A DNA stretch of 52,781 nt, from positions 1 through 52,781 of the forward strand of contig JBBSJC010000001.1 of NCBI GenBank assembly GCA_038257655.1, given 5' to 3'. The DNA is from Polyangiales bacterium. Its GTDB lineage: Bacteria; Myxococcota_A; Polyangia; Polyangiales; DASUME01. The notes under the pieces were generated by a model. The model made no database searches, was not told the DNA's origin, and was given only the letters and a program-made list of their open reading frames with translations. A program made the position numbers and the translations under genes. Of this stretch, positions 1 to 9,615 are shown one piece after another; within the stretch, counting starts at the first letter, position 1, and each line of letters starts with the position of its first letter.

Positions 1-207
1 TCTCAGGACGAATCAGCTCGAGAAAGTTCTCGAACACGTTGTTGATCGGCGTGCCCTTGTCGGCCGCATCTTGCCAGTTGCGCAGCTCGACCCAGAAGCG
101 TGACGGGTGCCAAGTGACGCCGTCGAAGTTGAGCTTCTGCAGGTCGTACTCTACGGCGGTGTTGGTGGCGGGAATGATCACGCCGATCTTGGCCCGCGTG
201 CCGATGT
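1..207 (-). CDS. Asp/Glu/hydantoin racemase or maleate isomerase superfamily protein. Only the N-terminal part is present, because the gene runs off the window.
   Basis: This gene is not in the ORF track. A minus-strand ATG at 207-205 opens MENYIGTRAKIGVIIPATNTAVEYDLQKLNFDGVTWHPSRFWVEL..., and the IGVIxPxxNTxxE opening is typical of this fold. The listed 3..251 ORF is an Arg-rich shadow frame. Confidence 0.5.
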
Positions 208-415
208 AATTCTCCATAAGAAAGCTTCCTCCAGGCCCGTTCGTAGCCCACGTCGCTCCAATCTCAACATCCCGAACCAGACGCGTCTCAGCATCGCGCA
301 TCAAAGACGTCTCATGATCCCGAAGCAAACGCGCCGAATCTGCAGGGACTGCCTGCGAAAGACTGCGGCCATGGGTTAGGCTGCGCGCCATGATCGAAGG
401 CGACGTACGCCCACC

Positions 416-1330
416 ATGAACAAGAGCTTTGCAATCCTGATGGTTGGGCTCGTGTTCGTGTCGACGGCGGGGCCATTTTTCGTGATGTCCAAGCTCGATG
501 CCTATGCGGCCGTGTTCTATCGAACGCTGTTTGCGGGCGGGCTCGGCCTTGGGCTCGCTTACGCGCGCGGCGCGCTCTCGTGGCCTGTCATGCGTCTGCA
601 CGCGCGCGGCCTTATCTTGGGTGGGCTGTTGATGGGCGCGCATTTTCTGCTCTGGATCAAAGCCTTTGATCTGACGGATTTCGCCTCGAACATGTTGTTG
701 CTCGTCGCCCAGCCGGTGATCGCCACGATGCTCGGCGCCGCGCTCGGTGAGCCTGCCCCACGTCTAGCGTGGCTTGCGATCGGCACAGCCAGCGCAGGCA
801 TGTTGTTGATCGCAGGCGCGGACCTGACGCTTGGCCCGCGAGCACTGCTCGGGGATGGTCTGTGCATCATCGCAGGCGGTCTTATCGCCTTGTTCTATGT
901 GGTTGCACGCGATGCGCGGCGCGCGTTGTCCATGGATGCGTTCATGGGCGTGACGATGTTGGTTGCAGCCGTGCTCGCGCTGCCCGTCGCCTATTTTGCG
1001 GGTGTACCCCTAACGGGCTTCAGCGCGGAAAGCTGGTACTGGCTTGGGGCGATCGTGCTGGTAACCACCCTGGGTGGGCATGGGCTGATGAACCTGGCAG
1101 CACGCGATGTTTCTTTATTCACGCTCAATTTGGTAATCGTGCTCGAGCCGCCGATCGCCATTGGCCTGGGTGCGCTGCTATTTGGCGCCTCGATCACCTC
1201 GCTGCAGGCTGCAGGCGGTGTATTGCTCGCGTTCGCCGTGGCGATCGGTCTGTACGAAAAGCCCTCAGTCGCGCAGGCACTAGTTGCGTGCACGGCAGCC
1301 CAGGCGGAGACTGAAGTCGACATCGGTTGA
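416..1330 (+). CDS. EamA/DMT-family permease
   Basis: The 304-aa ORF has about 10 hydrophobic helices in two similar halves and a Gly/Ala/Leu-rich composition. This matches the drug/metabolite transporter architecture. Confidence 0.7.
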   Translation: MNKSFAILMVGLVFVSTAGPFFVMSKLDAYAAVFYRTLFAGGLGLGLAYARGALSWPVMRLHARGLILGGLLMGAHFLLWIKAFDLTDFASNMLLLVAQPVIATMLGAALGEPAPRLAWLAIGTASAGMLLIAGADLTLGPRALLGDGLCIIAGGLIALFYVVARDARRALSMDAFMGVTMLVAAVLALPVAYFAGVPLTGFSAESWYWLGAIVLVTTLGGHGLMNLAARDVSLFTLNLVIVLEPPIAIGLGALLFGASITSLQAAGGVLLAFAVAIGLYEKPSVAQALVACTAAQAETEVDIG

Positions 1331-1412
1331 TAGCTTCGGCGAACGGCCGCGGTACCCAAGCGGGAAAGCACCGAAGCGCGCAGCGCAATCGAGCACCGAC
1401 CAGGAGCATGAG

Positions 1413-1802
1413 ATGGATACGACCAATCGAGAAGCGCCCCCCGAGCGACGTGAGCGCCTGGAAGCGCCTGAGACGGCGCTGATCAACCTCAGTACCGAGC
1501 GTAAGCGGGTACGTGCGCAGGCCGGCTGGGAAGAGCACGGTCACGCCGCCACCACGCTGTTCAAGTATCCCGATCTTCGTGCCGTGTTGATCGGGCTGAA
1601 AGCCGGCGCGCGCCTACCTGAGCATCAGAGCGAAGGCCGCCTCTCGTTGCAGTGTTTGTCAGGGCGGGTCCGCGTCCATACGCGCGATCAGGAGATGGAG
1701 TTGCTCGCCGGTCACATCGTGACCATGGAGCGCGGGCTGCCGCACAGCGTCGAGGCGTACGACGAGAGTGACTTGCTGCTAACGATCGTGATGCCCGTCT
1801 AG
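1413..1802 (+). CDS. cupin-domain protein
   Basis: The C-terminal part (LKAGARLPEHQSEGRLSLQCLSGRVRVH...GHIVTMERGLPHSVEA) fits the two cupin motifs. I chose the ATG at 1413 because the ORF start at 1284 would overlap the permease. Confidence 0.6.
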   Translation: MDTTNREAPPERRERLEAPETALINLSTERKRVRAQAGWEEHGHAATTLFKYPDLRAVLIGLKAGARLPEHQSEGRLSLQCLSGRVRVHTRDQEMELLAGHIVTMERGLPHSVEAYDESDLLLTIVMPV

Positions 1803-1821
1803 ACTTGATCGCTTGAGCGGC

Positions 1822-1899
1822 TCAATCGACCCGTCGCAACACGATCGCAGCGTTCTGTCCGCCAAAGCCGAAGGTGTTGCTGAGCCGGGCGCGGCATGC
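1822..1899 (-). pseudogene. 3-prime remnant of a beta-ketoacyl synthase gene
   Basis: A minus-strand frame reads ARLSNTFGFGGQNAAIVLRRVD-stop. N-[ST]-F-G-F-G-G-x-N is the conserved C-terminus of KAS I/II and PKS KS domains. An in-frame TGA lies just upstream, and I could not follow any KS-like sequence beyond it. Confidence 0.4.
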
Positions 1900-2399
1900 T
1901 CACGATCTCGGCGCTTTGGATCGAGCCCCCCGAGGCGTACAATGGCGCGGTGGCGCCTCCCACAACCGGACAAATTGTAGTGGACTTCGAACGGCGGCCC
2001 CTGGTGGTCGCGACGATGATCGGGCTGCCCAACGAGCAGCAATTCATCGAGTACCTGAACACAATGGCCGTTAATATGCGTTACGCGCTCGCCCGCTCGG
2101 AGAAGACGGCGGTGATCCTCGATACAACGCAAGCCCCGGTCGCCCTGTCACCGCGCATGCGCAAGCTGCAGGCGGAGTGGTTGCAGGAGCACAGTCATGG
2201 CTTGCGCGTCGCGTGCGTGGGCATGGGTTTTGTGATCCAATCGGCGCTGGTGCGCGGCGCGATGACAGCTGTGTTGTGGCTGCAGGGCATGCCTTACCCG
2301 CACGCGGTCTGCGCCAGCTGGGAAAAGGCCGAGGCTTACTGTCTTGAACAGCTCGCGCAGCATGGACAAATAGTCCCGCCGCGCGCACGTGGGCGCTAG
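1896..2399 (+). CDS. hypothetical protein, paralog of the gene at 47271..47723
   Basis: The 167-aa ORF shares a block with the 150-aa protein at 47271..47723: VIQSALVRGAMTAVLWLQGMPYP...EKAEAYCLEQL versus VMTSPVIRGALTAIFWIKQPPWQ...TEADAWLRRMF. An in-frame GTG at 1980 (VDFERRPLVV...) would fit the paralog's N-terminus better. Confidence 0.55.
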   Translation: MLTISALWIEPPEAYNGAVAPPTTGQIVVDFERRPLVVATMIGLPNEQQFIEYLNTMAVNMRYALARSEKTAVILDTTQAPVALSPRMRKLQAEWLQEHSHGLRVACVGMGFVIQSALVRGAMTAVLWLQGMPYPHAVCASWEKAEAYCLEQLAQHGQIVPPRARGR

Positions 2400-2519
2400 C
2401 AACTAAGGGCCCGCGCTAAGCTTAGTGGCAAAGACGACTTGGCCAGCGCGGTCATCGACATTGGCCTCGGCAACCGCTGAGCTGCGCGTAGACTGCCGCT
2501 CTTAGCGCGAGGCAAACCG

Positions 2520-3926
2520 ATGAAGCACTGGACAGACGACGCAACCGATCCGTATCTAATGGGTTACTACCGACCCGTGCGCGAAGAGCGCGAAGACGCA
2601 TCTCTCACGGTGATCGGCGACATCCCTGGCGCGCTCCGCGGCGCCTTCCTGCGCAACGGTCCCAATCAAGTGTTTGCGCCGCTTGGCAAATACCATCCAT
2701 TCGATGGCGATGGCATGCTGCACGCGGTGTATCTCGAGCAGGGTCAGGCCCGTTACAAAAACCGCTACATCAAAAGTGCGGGTTACCTGTACGAAGCGGA
2801 GCTCGGCAAGAGCGCGTACGGCGGCTTCTCGGAGATCCGCATGCCCTCTGCCGAGGCGATGAAGCGCGTGGGCCCGTTCAAAAACGTCGCGAACACCAGC
2901 GTCGTCAAACACGCCGGCAAGCTGCTTGCCTTGTGGGAAGGTGGCCTGCCGACCGAGGTCGACCTTCAGCTGGACACGCGCGGGTTGCACGCGCTCGATG
3001 GTAAGTACAGCGGGCCGTTTACCGCGCATCCCCGGCTCGACCCGCGCACAGGGGAAATGGTCGCCTTTGGTTACAACGCGTTTCCGCCCTTTCTGACTTA
3101 CCTCGTGCTCGGCGCAGACGGCGGGCTGACGAAGCAGGAAGTGATCGAGATTCCACGCGCGGTCATGATGCACGACTTCGCAGTCAGTCAGAATTACGTG
3201 ATCTTCTTCGATGCGCCTGCGACCTTCGAGATCAACGACGCGATCCAAAAAAAGGGTCCGATCATCCAGTGGAAACCTGAGCACGGTTGTCGCTTCGGGG
3301 TCATGCCCCGCAACGGTAAGAATGCGGACGTGCGCTGGTTCGAGATCGAGCCTTGTTTCGTCTACCACTTCATGAACGCCTACGAGGAAGACGGCCTGCT
3401 GCACATCGATGCGGGACGCCTCGACAGACTCAACAGTTTTGGCATGACCGACGAGACGACGGACCCACCGAGCACCCTTTCGCGCTTCAGCATCGATCTT
3501 GAGCAAGGTAAGGTCAAGACGCGCGTGCTCGACCCCCGGCCGATGGAGTTTCCGCGGATCAACGACGCGATGATGGGGGTCAAACACACCATCGGTTATG
3601 GGGCGACCTACTCGGGTGCGAAGCGCATGGCAGATTACGACACCACGCTTCGCTACGATCTGACACGCGGCACGAGCCAGAGCTATTTCCATGGGCCGGG
3701 ACGCTTCGTAGGCGAGCTTGTGTTTGCGCCCGATCCCCAGGGCAACGGAGCGGAAGACGCCGGGTATTTGGTCGGTTTCGTCTACGACAGCGACAAGGAC
3801 CAGAGCGAGTTTGTGATCTTTGACGCACGCGACATCACGCCCGGTCCGGTGGCACGCGTGCTGTTGCCCTGTGCCGTACCCTCAGGCATCCACGCGAGCT
3901 TTATCGCCGACGAACTTGCGCAGTAG
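2520..3926 (+). CDS. carotenoid oxygenase family dioxygenase (apocarotenoid/stilbene-cleaving type)
   Basis: The 468-aa ORF contains FLRNGPN, HPFDGDGMLHAV, conserved His positions (HDFAVS, YHFMNA, IHASF) and a length typical of the RPE65/CCD family. Confidence 0.85.
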   Translation: MKHWTDDATDPYLMGYYRPVREEREDASLTVIGDIPGALRGAFLRNGPNQVFAPLGKYHPFDGDGMLHAVYLEQGQARYKNRYIKSAGYLYEAELGKSAYGGFSEIRMPSAEAMKRVGPFKNVANTSVVKHAGKLLALWEGGLPTEVDLQLDTRGLHALDGKYSGPFTAHPRLDPRTGEMVAFGYNAFPPFLTYLVLGADGGLTKQEVIEIPRAVMMHDFAVSQNYVIFFDAPATFEINDAIQKKGPIIQWKPEHGCRFGVMPRNGKNADVRWFEIEPCFVYHFMNAYEEDGLLHIDAGRLDRLNSFGMTDETTDPPSTLSRFSIDLEQGKVKTRVLDPRPMEFPRINDAMMGVKHTIGYGATYSGAKRMADYDTTLRYDLTRGTSQSYFHGPGRFVGELVFAPDPQGNGAEDAGYLVGFVYDSDKDQSEFVIFDARDITPGPVARVLLPCAVPSGIHASFIADELAQ

Positions 3927-3977
3927 CGCCCATCGCCATGCGCGCGGACGCGGCTCGGTAGCTGGGCACGCGACCCT

Positions 3978-5429
3978 TCACAGATACGGCATAAACAAGC
4001 GCGCGGCGCCGTCCCGCAAGCGCTTCCATAACGGGCGGGCGTCGAGCATCGCCAAGGTCAGCTCCTTGGCGTGCGTCATGCCAGTTTGCACCTGGCGCCG
4101 CAGCGAGCGCGCAAGCTCGTGGTCGTAGCACTCGACGTTGAGCTCGAAGTTCAGGCGCAGACTCCTGGCATCCCAGTTGGCCGAACCAAATAACACCCAC
4201 TCGTCATCGACCAACATCAGCTTGGTGTGGTCAAAGGGTGGCGGGCGTAGCCACAGCCGCACGCCCTCACCCAGCACCTCGCGAAAGTTGCGCCACATGG
4301 CCCACTCGACGACGCGCAGGTTGCTGCGCTCGGGGACGATCACGTGCACCTCGACGCCGCGCAGCGCTGCTGTGCTCAGTGCGGCCGCCAAGGTGGCGTC
4401 GGGTAGAAAGTAAGGTGTGACCACCAGAATCGAGCGGCGCGCGCAGGCGGCGGCGCCGTGCAACGTCCAGGCGATTTTATCGAGCTCCTCGTCCGGACCA
4501 TCGACAATGGCGCGCGCGCGGCTCGTGCCCGCCGGCTCGAGCAGCGGAAACCAGGCTTCGCCGCTCAGGGCCTCGCGTGTCGCAAACTGCCAATCTTCGG
4601 CAAAGGCTGCTTGCAACTGCACGACGACTGGGCCTAGCAGGCGAAAATGCACATCGTGCACGGGCGAGCGTGGCCGGTCCGCAAGCACATGCCCGGCCCT
4701 GATATTGATGCCACCGGTGAAGCCGATCTTACCGTCGACGATCAGCAGCTTACGGTGGCTGCGCAGGTTGAGGTAGGCCGCGCGCCACACGGGAAGGATC
4801 GGCATGAAGCGCCCGCTGGGTACGCCGCGCTTGCGCAGCAGACGGTCGGCGGTGGGAAACGAGTAGCGCGCGCCCATGTCATCGAGCAGCACCCGCACTT
4901 GCACGCCGCGCTCTACCGCGTGTGCCAGCGCATCGATGAAGCGCCGACCTAGCGGGGACGTTTCAAAGATGTAGCTCGATAGCGCGATCGAATGCTGGGC
5001 GCCCGCAATAGCCTCCAGCATCGCAGGGTAAGCGGCATCGCCGTTGACAAGTGGCGTGACGCGGTTGCCCTCCAGCAACTCCGTTTGGGTAACGCGACCG
5101 ACGAGCTCGATCAAGTCTGTAAGGTGGCCCCCGGACAGGGCCAAGCGTTCAAGCGCCCAGTCGGGATCGATCACGGCGCGCTCTAAAATAGGATGACTGC
5201 GCGCCTTGCGTCCGCGTAGCTCGGCGGCACTGCGCCGGATGCGGTTGATGCCGAGCAGCAGATAGAGCGCCCCGCCGACCACCGGCACGAGCCAAATCAG
5301 CCCGACCCAGCCCGCAGCAGAGCGCACATCCCGCTTGTGCAAGAGCACATGGGTCGACGCGAGCACGGCCAAAAGCAGCACAAAAAACGTACCGATTGCT
5401 TTGGACAAGGGAGCGAGCTCTTCGACCAT
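3978..5429 (-). CDS. cls: cardiolipin synthase (phospholipase D superfamily)
   Basis: Two HKD motifs are present (HRKLLIVDGKIGFTGGINI and HTKLMLVDDEWVLFGSANWD), and there are two N-terminal TM helices. The ORF runs to 5513, but the Met at 5429 (MVEELAPLSK) sits just before the first helix. Confidence 0.85.
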   Translation of the reverse strand: MVEELAPLSKAIGTFFVLLLAVLASTHVLLHKRDVRSAAGWVGLIWLVPVVGGALYLLLGINRIRRSAAELRGRKARSHPILERAVIDPDWALERLALSGGHLTDLIELVGRVTQTELLEGNRVTPLVNGDAAYPAMLEAIAGAQHSIALSSYIFETSPLGRRFIDALAHAVERGVQVRVLLDDMGARYSFPTADRLLRKRGVPSGRFMPILPVWRAAYLNLRSHRKLLIVDGKIGFTGGINIRAGHVLADRPRSPVHDVHFRLLGPVVVQLQAAFAEDWQFATREALSGEAWFPLLEPAGTSRARAIVDGPDEELDKIAWTLHGAAACARRSILVVTPYFLPDATLAAALSTAALRGVEVHVIVPERSNLRVVEWAMWRNFREVLGEGVRLWLRPPPFDHTKLMLVDDEWVLFGSANWDARSLRLNFELNVECYDHELARSLRRQVQTGMTHAKELTLAMLDARPLWKRLRDGAARLFMPYL

Positions 5430-5591
5430 CGGGCCTAAGGGTAACGACAAAGTAGCGCCCTGAGCAGGCGATTGACCAAAAGCGCACAAAATCCGCATGA
5501 ACGAGCGGCCCACACCACGCTTCGCATGCTCGGATCAGCGGGAAGCTACCCCCGACCTTGGCCGTTCCGGACCCAGCTGCGCTCTGAATTC

Positions 5592-7802
5592 CTAGACGCG
5601 CACGCGTGCGATGCGGACGGCGGCCTGTTTGTAGTTCGGTTCCCGCGAGATCGGGTCGCAGGCGTCGATCGTCAGGTTATTGGCGTTGGCCTCGGAAAAG
5701 TGGAAGGGGATGAAGATCTGCCCAGGCGCGACGATCGAGGTGACGCGTACACGCACGCGGTCGATGCGACCGCGCCGGCTTTCGACCATCACCCAGTCGT
5801 GATTGGCAACGCCCAACTCCCCTGCGTCTTCTGGGTTGAGCTCGACCCAGGCCTCGGGCGCCGCACGATTGAGGATGGCAACACGCGCCGTTTTCGTGCG
5901 CGTATGCCAATGCTCTACCGTGCGGCCCGTGTTGAGCATGAATGGGTACTCGCCACAGGGCTCTTCCGGAGGCAGCTCGTTTTTGATCACGAAGAATCGA
6001 GCCTTACTGTCTTCAGTTTCGCACGACCCGTCTTGGTAGAGCCGCACGTATTCGCGAGGCGCGCGCACCGTGCCCTCAGGGTAAGGCCATTGCACACTAT
6101 GGTCGTCGAGTAGCTCGTGACTCACGCCCGAGTAGTCGCAGAGTCTGCCCTTGGACACCTTACGCCACTCTTCAAAGGCATCGGCGGGCGTGGAAATACC
6201 TGCAAACAAGCGTTCCCGCACACCGAGGCGTTCGGCAATCGCGAGAAAAATCTCGAAATCAGTTTTTGCTTCTCCTGGCGGCGCTACGGCGCGGCCGACC
6301 CTAGATACGCGACGCTCGGAGTTGGTATAAGTACCCTCTTTCTCGCCCCAGATAGCTGCGGGCAGCATAAGGTGGGCAAGGTCGCTGGTCGGAGTGGGAT
6401 GATAACCATCCTGCACCACGAGGAAATCCAAGTTGGCGAGCGCCTTACGCAGGCGTGCCTGGTCTGGATAGGACACCAAGGGGTTGGTTGCAATGATCCA
6501 CAAGCCTTTGATCTGACCGTCGAGCACCGCCTTGATGATGTCTGGGTAGGCGAGGCCCCGCTGCTTTGGCAGCTCTTCGGGGTCGACGCCCCACAGCGCA
6601 GAAAGCTCCTGACGGTCCGTTTCGCTTTCGAACTTGCGATACCCAGGCAGGCTCGATGTGAAAGACATCTCGCGCGAGCCCATGGCATTGCATTGGCCCG
6701 TGATGGAAAAAGGCGCTCCACCCACGCGCCCTACATTGCCCGTGAGCATGGCGAGGTTGCAGATGGCGTTGACGGTCTCCGTTCCTTGCGTGCTGTGATT
6801 GACGCCCATGGTCCAGGCAAAAAAGGTGCGCTTGGAGGCGGCGATACTGCGCGCGAACTCGTACACAGAGGCTTCGCTCAGGTTCGTTACTTTGGCGGTA
6901 TAGGCCAGGTCGTAACGCTCTAAGTAGCTGCGCAGCGCCTCGAAGCCCTGCGTGTGCTTGTCGATGTACTCGCGGTCGATCCATCCTTCCTCGATCAGGA
7001 TGCGCGCGACGCCATTCAGCAAGTGCACGTCGGTGCGCGGCCTTAGCGGCAGGAACAGGTCGGCCAACATGGCTGTCTTCGTCGCCCGCGGGTCGATCAC
7101 GATAAGCTTGGAATCGGGCCTGCGATCTCGGTTTTTGAACAGGCGATAGGCCAGGATTGGATGATTGTCGGCGATGTTGGCGCCGATCAGCACCACCGTG
7201 TCGGCGCGCTCCAAATCGTCGTAGCAACCGGGCGGGCCGTCGCTGCCAAAGCTGCGCTTGTAGCCCGAGACGGCGCTCGCCATGCACAGGGTGGTGTTGC
7301 CGTCGTAGTGCGGAACACGCAGGCCTAACCGCGCCAGCTTACCCAGGGCGTACAGCTCCTCGGAGACCAGCTGCCCGGTCGACAGGATAGCGAAAGCTTC
7401 TTGACCATGTTTGGCTTGAACGTCGCTGACGCGCGAGGCAAACAGATCGATCGCTTCCTCCCAGCCCACGCGTTTGAAGCCACGCCAGGTGCGCACGAGG
7501 GGATAGAGCGCCCTGCCCTCGGCAGCTATCGTGTGATGCTCGGACAGACCCTTTGGGCACAGCTTACCTTCGTTGACAGGATGGTCCGGATCGCCGCGCA
7601 CAGAAACGGCCTTACCATCACGTACGCCGATCAACATGCCGCAGCCCACCGAGCAGTAGCCGCAGGTGGTCTTGACCCATTGCTCAGGGACCGAACGCGC
7701 GTTCATCACGCCAAAGCGCGGATCGGTCGCGTACTCGTAGGCCGTGTCGTCTGTAAACAGGCCGAGACGATGCACGATGTTCTGGTAAGTGCTCATGGCC
7801 AA
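5592..7802 (-). CDS. molybdopterin oxidoreductase, assimilatory nitrate reductase catalytic subunit (NasA/NarB-like), with no Tat leader
   Basis: The 736-aa ORF has an N-terminal FeS motif (CGYCSVGCGM...LCPKG), GANIADNHPI, ITGQCNAMGSRE and the C-terminal molybdopterin-binding tail FHFSEANANNLT..DPISREPNYKQAAV. No S/T-R-R-x-F-L-K motif occurs before the first Cys cluster. Confidence 0.75.
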   Translation of the reverse strand: MAMSTYQNIVHRLGLFTDDTAYEYATDPRFGVMNARSVPEQWVKTTCGYCSVGCGMLIGVRDGKAVSVRGDPDHPVNEGKLCPKGLSEHHTIAAEGRALYPLVRTWRGFKRVGWEEAIDLFASRVSDVQAKHGQEAFAILSTGQLVSEELYALGKLARLGLRVPHYDGNTTLCMASAVSGYKRSFGSDGPPGCYDDLERADTVVLIGANIADNHPILAYRLFKNRDRRPDSKLIVIDPRATKTAMLADLFLPLRPRTDVHLLNGVARILIEEGWIDREYIDKHTQGFEALRSYLERYDLAYTAKVTNLSEASVYEFARSIAASKRTFFAWTMGVNHSTQGTETVNAICNLAMLTGNVGRVGGAPFSITGQCNAMGSREMSFTSSLPGYRKFESETDRQELSALWGVDPEELPKQRGLAYPDIIKAVLDGQIKGLWIIATNPLVSYPDQARLRKALANLDFLVVQDGYHPTPTSDLAHLMLPAAIWGEKEGTYTNSERRVSRVGRAVAPPGEAKTDFEIFLAIAERLGVRERLFAGISTPADAFEEWRKVSKGRLCDYSGVSHELLDDHSVQWPYPEGTVRAPREYVRLYQDGSCETEDSKARFFVIKNELPPEEPCGEYPFMLNTGRTVEHWHTRTKTARVAILNRAAPEAWVELNPEDAGELGVANHDWVMVESRRGRIDRVRVRVTSIVAPGQIFIPFHFSEANANNLTIDACDPISREPNYKQAAVRIARVRV

Positions 7803-7806
7803 CTCC

Positions 7807-9354
7807 TCAGTGCACAGGCTTCACGGCAAAGAAACCAAGAGGCATGTTGCGTGGCACCACGCAGCGGAAAAACAGGTAGCGCCCCAGACCCTCGACGGCG
7901 AACGCAGCGAGCAGTAACACCGCGCCATACGCGGGGTGCAGCGCTTCGGACATAGACTGCCCAGGATAGACGGCCAGCAGCGCGCCCAGCGCGACACCCA
8001 GCGCAAGCAGCGTGCGCGCGAGCAGAAGGCGCCCAAAGTTCTGCGTCATCAGGCGTGCGGAAGCCTGCACAGAAGCCTCGCCGCGTCCAGCTTCGACCTC
8101 CAGCAGGAAAGGCATCAGAGCAGACAACGTGATCGATCCGCCCAGACCGAGGGCGGCCGCTTGCGTGAGCAACACGGGGCCTGAAAACGTCAACTGCACG
8201 AGTAGGCCTGCTGCACAGCCGAGCACGATGGAAGTGAGGAAGAACTGCACATTGGTACGCGCGCTATCCCAGGCGGGACGGGCTGCAATCCGGTAGATGC
8301 GCACGCTGGTGTAGATCGCAACGATGCCGATCACGGTGGTGATGGCCAAGGCGCACGCTTGAAAGCGCAGACCGTCAAAAAGCGCAAACCGGTCGAGAAA
8401 AAACAACGCGGGCGGCACGACACCGAAGCCCGCAAAGGCACTGAACGCGACCACCTCTCGGCTGAGCCAGCTGCGCCGGAACGCGGCCATCGCGCGCATG
8501 GCACGCGCAGGTCTTCCTAGGTGAAACAGCGTGCCCGTCAGCGCGGCGTGGCCGAGCGAGATCGCGGCAAGGCTTGAAAAGCCTGAAGCTGCGCTTGCAC
8601 CGAGCAACAGCGCAGCGAGCGCGAACGCAAACAGGCCGACGCTCGCTTGGCTGAAGGTCAGAAAGAAGACGAGGGAAAAGTGGGCAGGCTCGGGTGTGAG
8701 CTTATGGGCCGCCTGCTCGCCAAAGCCCTCTGGCAAGTCCTTGGGCAGCGTGATCCGGGTGGTCGACAAAGTAAGGTCTGCAGGCGGGACGCCAGGCGCA
8801 TTGGCCGAGTCGATAGCTTCGCGCCATACCTCAGGCCTAATCTTTTCGATCTGAATCGCCTGCACAGGGCAGGCCTCCACGCACGCCGGCAGATTGCCAC
8901 CACCGATCCGGTCGACGCACATGTGACACTTGGTGACGATACGCCGCTCTGGGTTGTACTGCGGGACACCGTAAGGACAGTTCCAGGTGCAGTACTGACA
9001 GCCGATGCACAGGTCCGCGTGATGCTTGACGATACCGTTCGCAAGCTTCTCGTAGGCTTCGGTCGGACAGCCCTCGAGGCACGCGGGATCGAGGCAGTGA
9101 TTGCAGGCCATCGATAAATGAAAGCGCTTCACATGGGGATAGCTGCCGCCTTCGATCTCGCCCACGCGCCGCCAGGTCACCTCGGCGGGGTTGCCGTTTT
9201 GCTCATTACACGCCACTTCGCAGCAGCGGCAACCGATGCAGCGCGTCATGTCGAAGTGAAAGCGGTACTGCTCGCCCGGCAGCAGCGTCGGCAACGACAT
9301 CTGATCGGAAAGTGCCTGACGCTCAGGCGTATCGAGCGCCTTGAGTCGGTCCAT
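7807..9354 (-). CDS. fusion of a four-cluster 4Fe-4S ferredoxin subunit (DmsB/NrfC-like) to a DmsC-like polytopic membrane anchor
   Basis: The Cys clusters are CIGCRCCEVAC, CNHCLDPACLEGCP, CIGCQYCTWNCP and CHMCVDRIGGGNLPACVEACP, followed by about 300 aa with about 8 hydrophobic helices. The stop lies 4 nt before the nitrate reductase start. The start is uncertain: the ORF extends to a TTG at 9621, there is a GTG at 9447, and an ATG at 9354 gives MDRLKALD. Confidence 0.7.
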   Translation of the reverse strand: MDRLKALDTPERQALSDQMSLPTLLPGEQYRFHFDMTRCIGCRCCEVACNEQNGNPAEVTWRRVGEIEGGSYPHVKRFHLSMACNHCLDPACLEGCPTEAYEKLANGIVKHHADLCIGCQYCTWNCPYGVPQYNPERRIVTKCHMCVDRIGGGNLPACVEACPVQAIQIEKIRPEVWREAIDSANAPGVPPADLTLSTTRITLPKDLPEGFGEQAAHKLTPEPAHFSLVFFLTFSQASVGLFAFALAALLLGASAASGFSSLAAISLGHAALTGTLFHLGRPARAMRAMAAFRRSWLSREVVAFSAFAGFGVVPPALFFLDRFALFDGLRFQACALAITTVIGIVAIYTSVRIYRIAARPAWDSARTNVQFFLTSIVLGCAAGLLVQLTFSGPVLLTQAAALGLGGSITLSALMPFLLEVEAGRGEASVQASARLMTQNFGRLLLARTLLALGVALGALLAVYPGQSMSEALHPAYGAVLLLAAFAVEGLGRYLFFRCVVPRNMPLGFFAVKPVH

Positions 9355-9615
9355 GACGGGCCGGGCGTTGCTCACAGCGGGCTCATGGGATGAGCCCGCG
9401 CTTTCGGCGCGCTCCAAAAATTGTGTAAGGGTGACCTGAGTTACCACAGCCCGACGTACTGCAAGAGAATGACCAATGCGTTTGCATCGCCTCGATGCGG
9501 CGAGCGGTCGGCAGCTTTCGCTAGAGCTGTCGCTGAAAACGACGGATAGCCGCGCACTAGCATCCTCAGCCGCGCGGCTCGACATCCTGGCGAAACGACA
9601 TTTTCGTCGGCTCTT

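Noticed and set aside
3-251. An 82-aa minus-strand ORF at the left edge.
   Set aside because: Its translation is Arg/His-rich nonsense. A different minus frame starting at 207 gives a racemase-like N-terminus and is the better model.
2556-3692. A 378-aa ORF on the minus strand.
   Set aside because: It is antisense to the carotenoid oxygenase gene, has no recognisable motifs and has shadow-frame composition.
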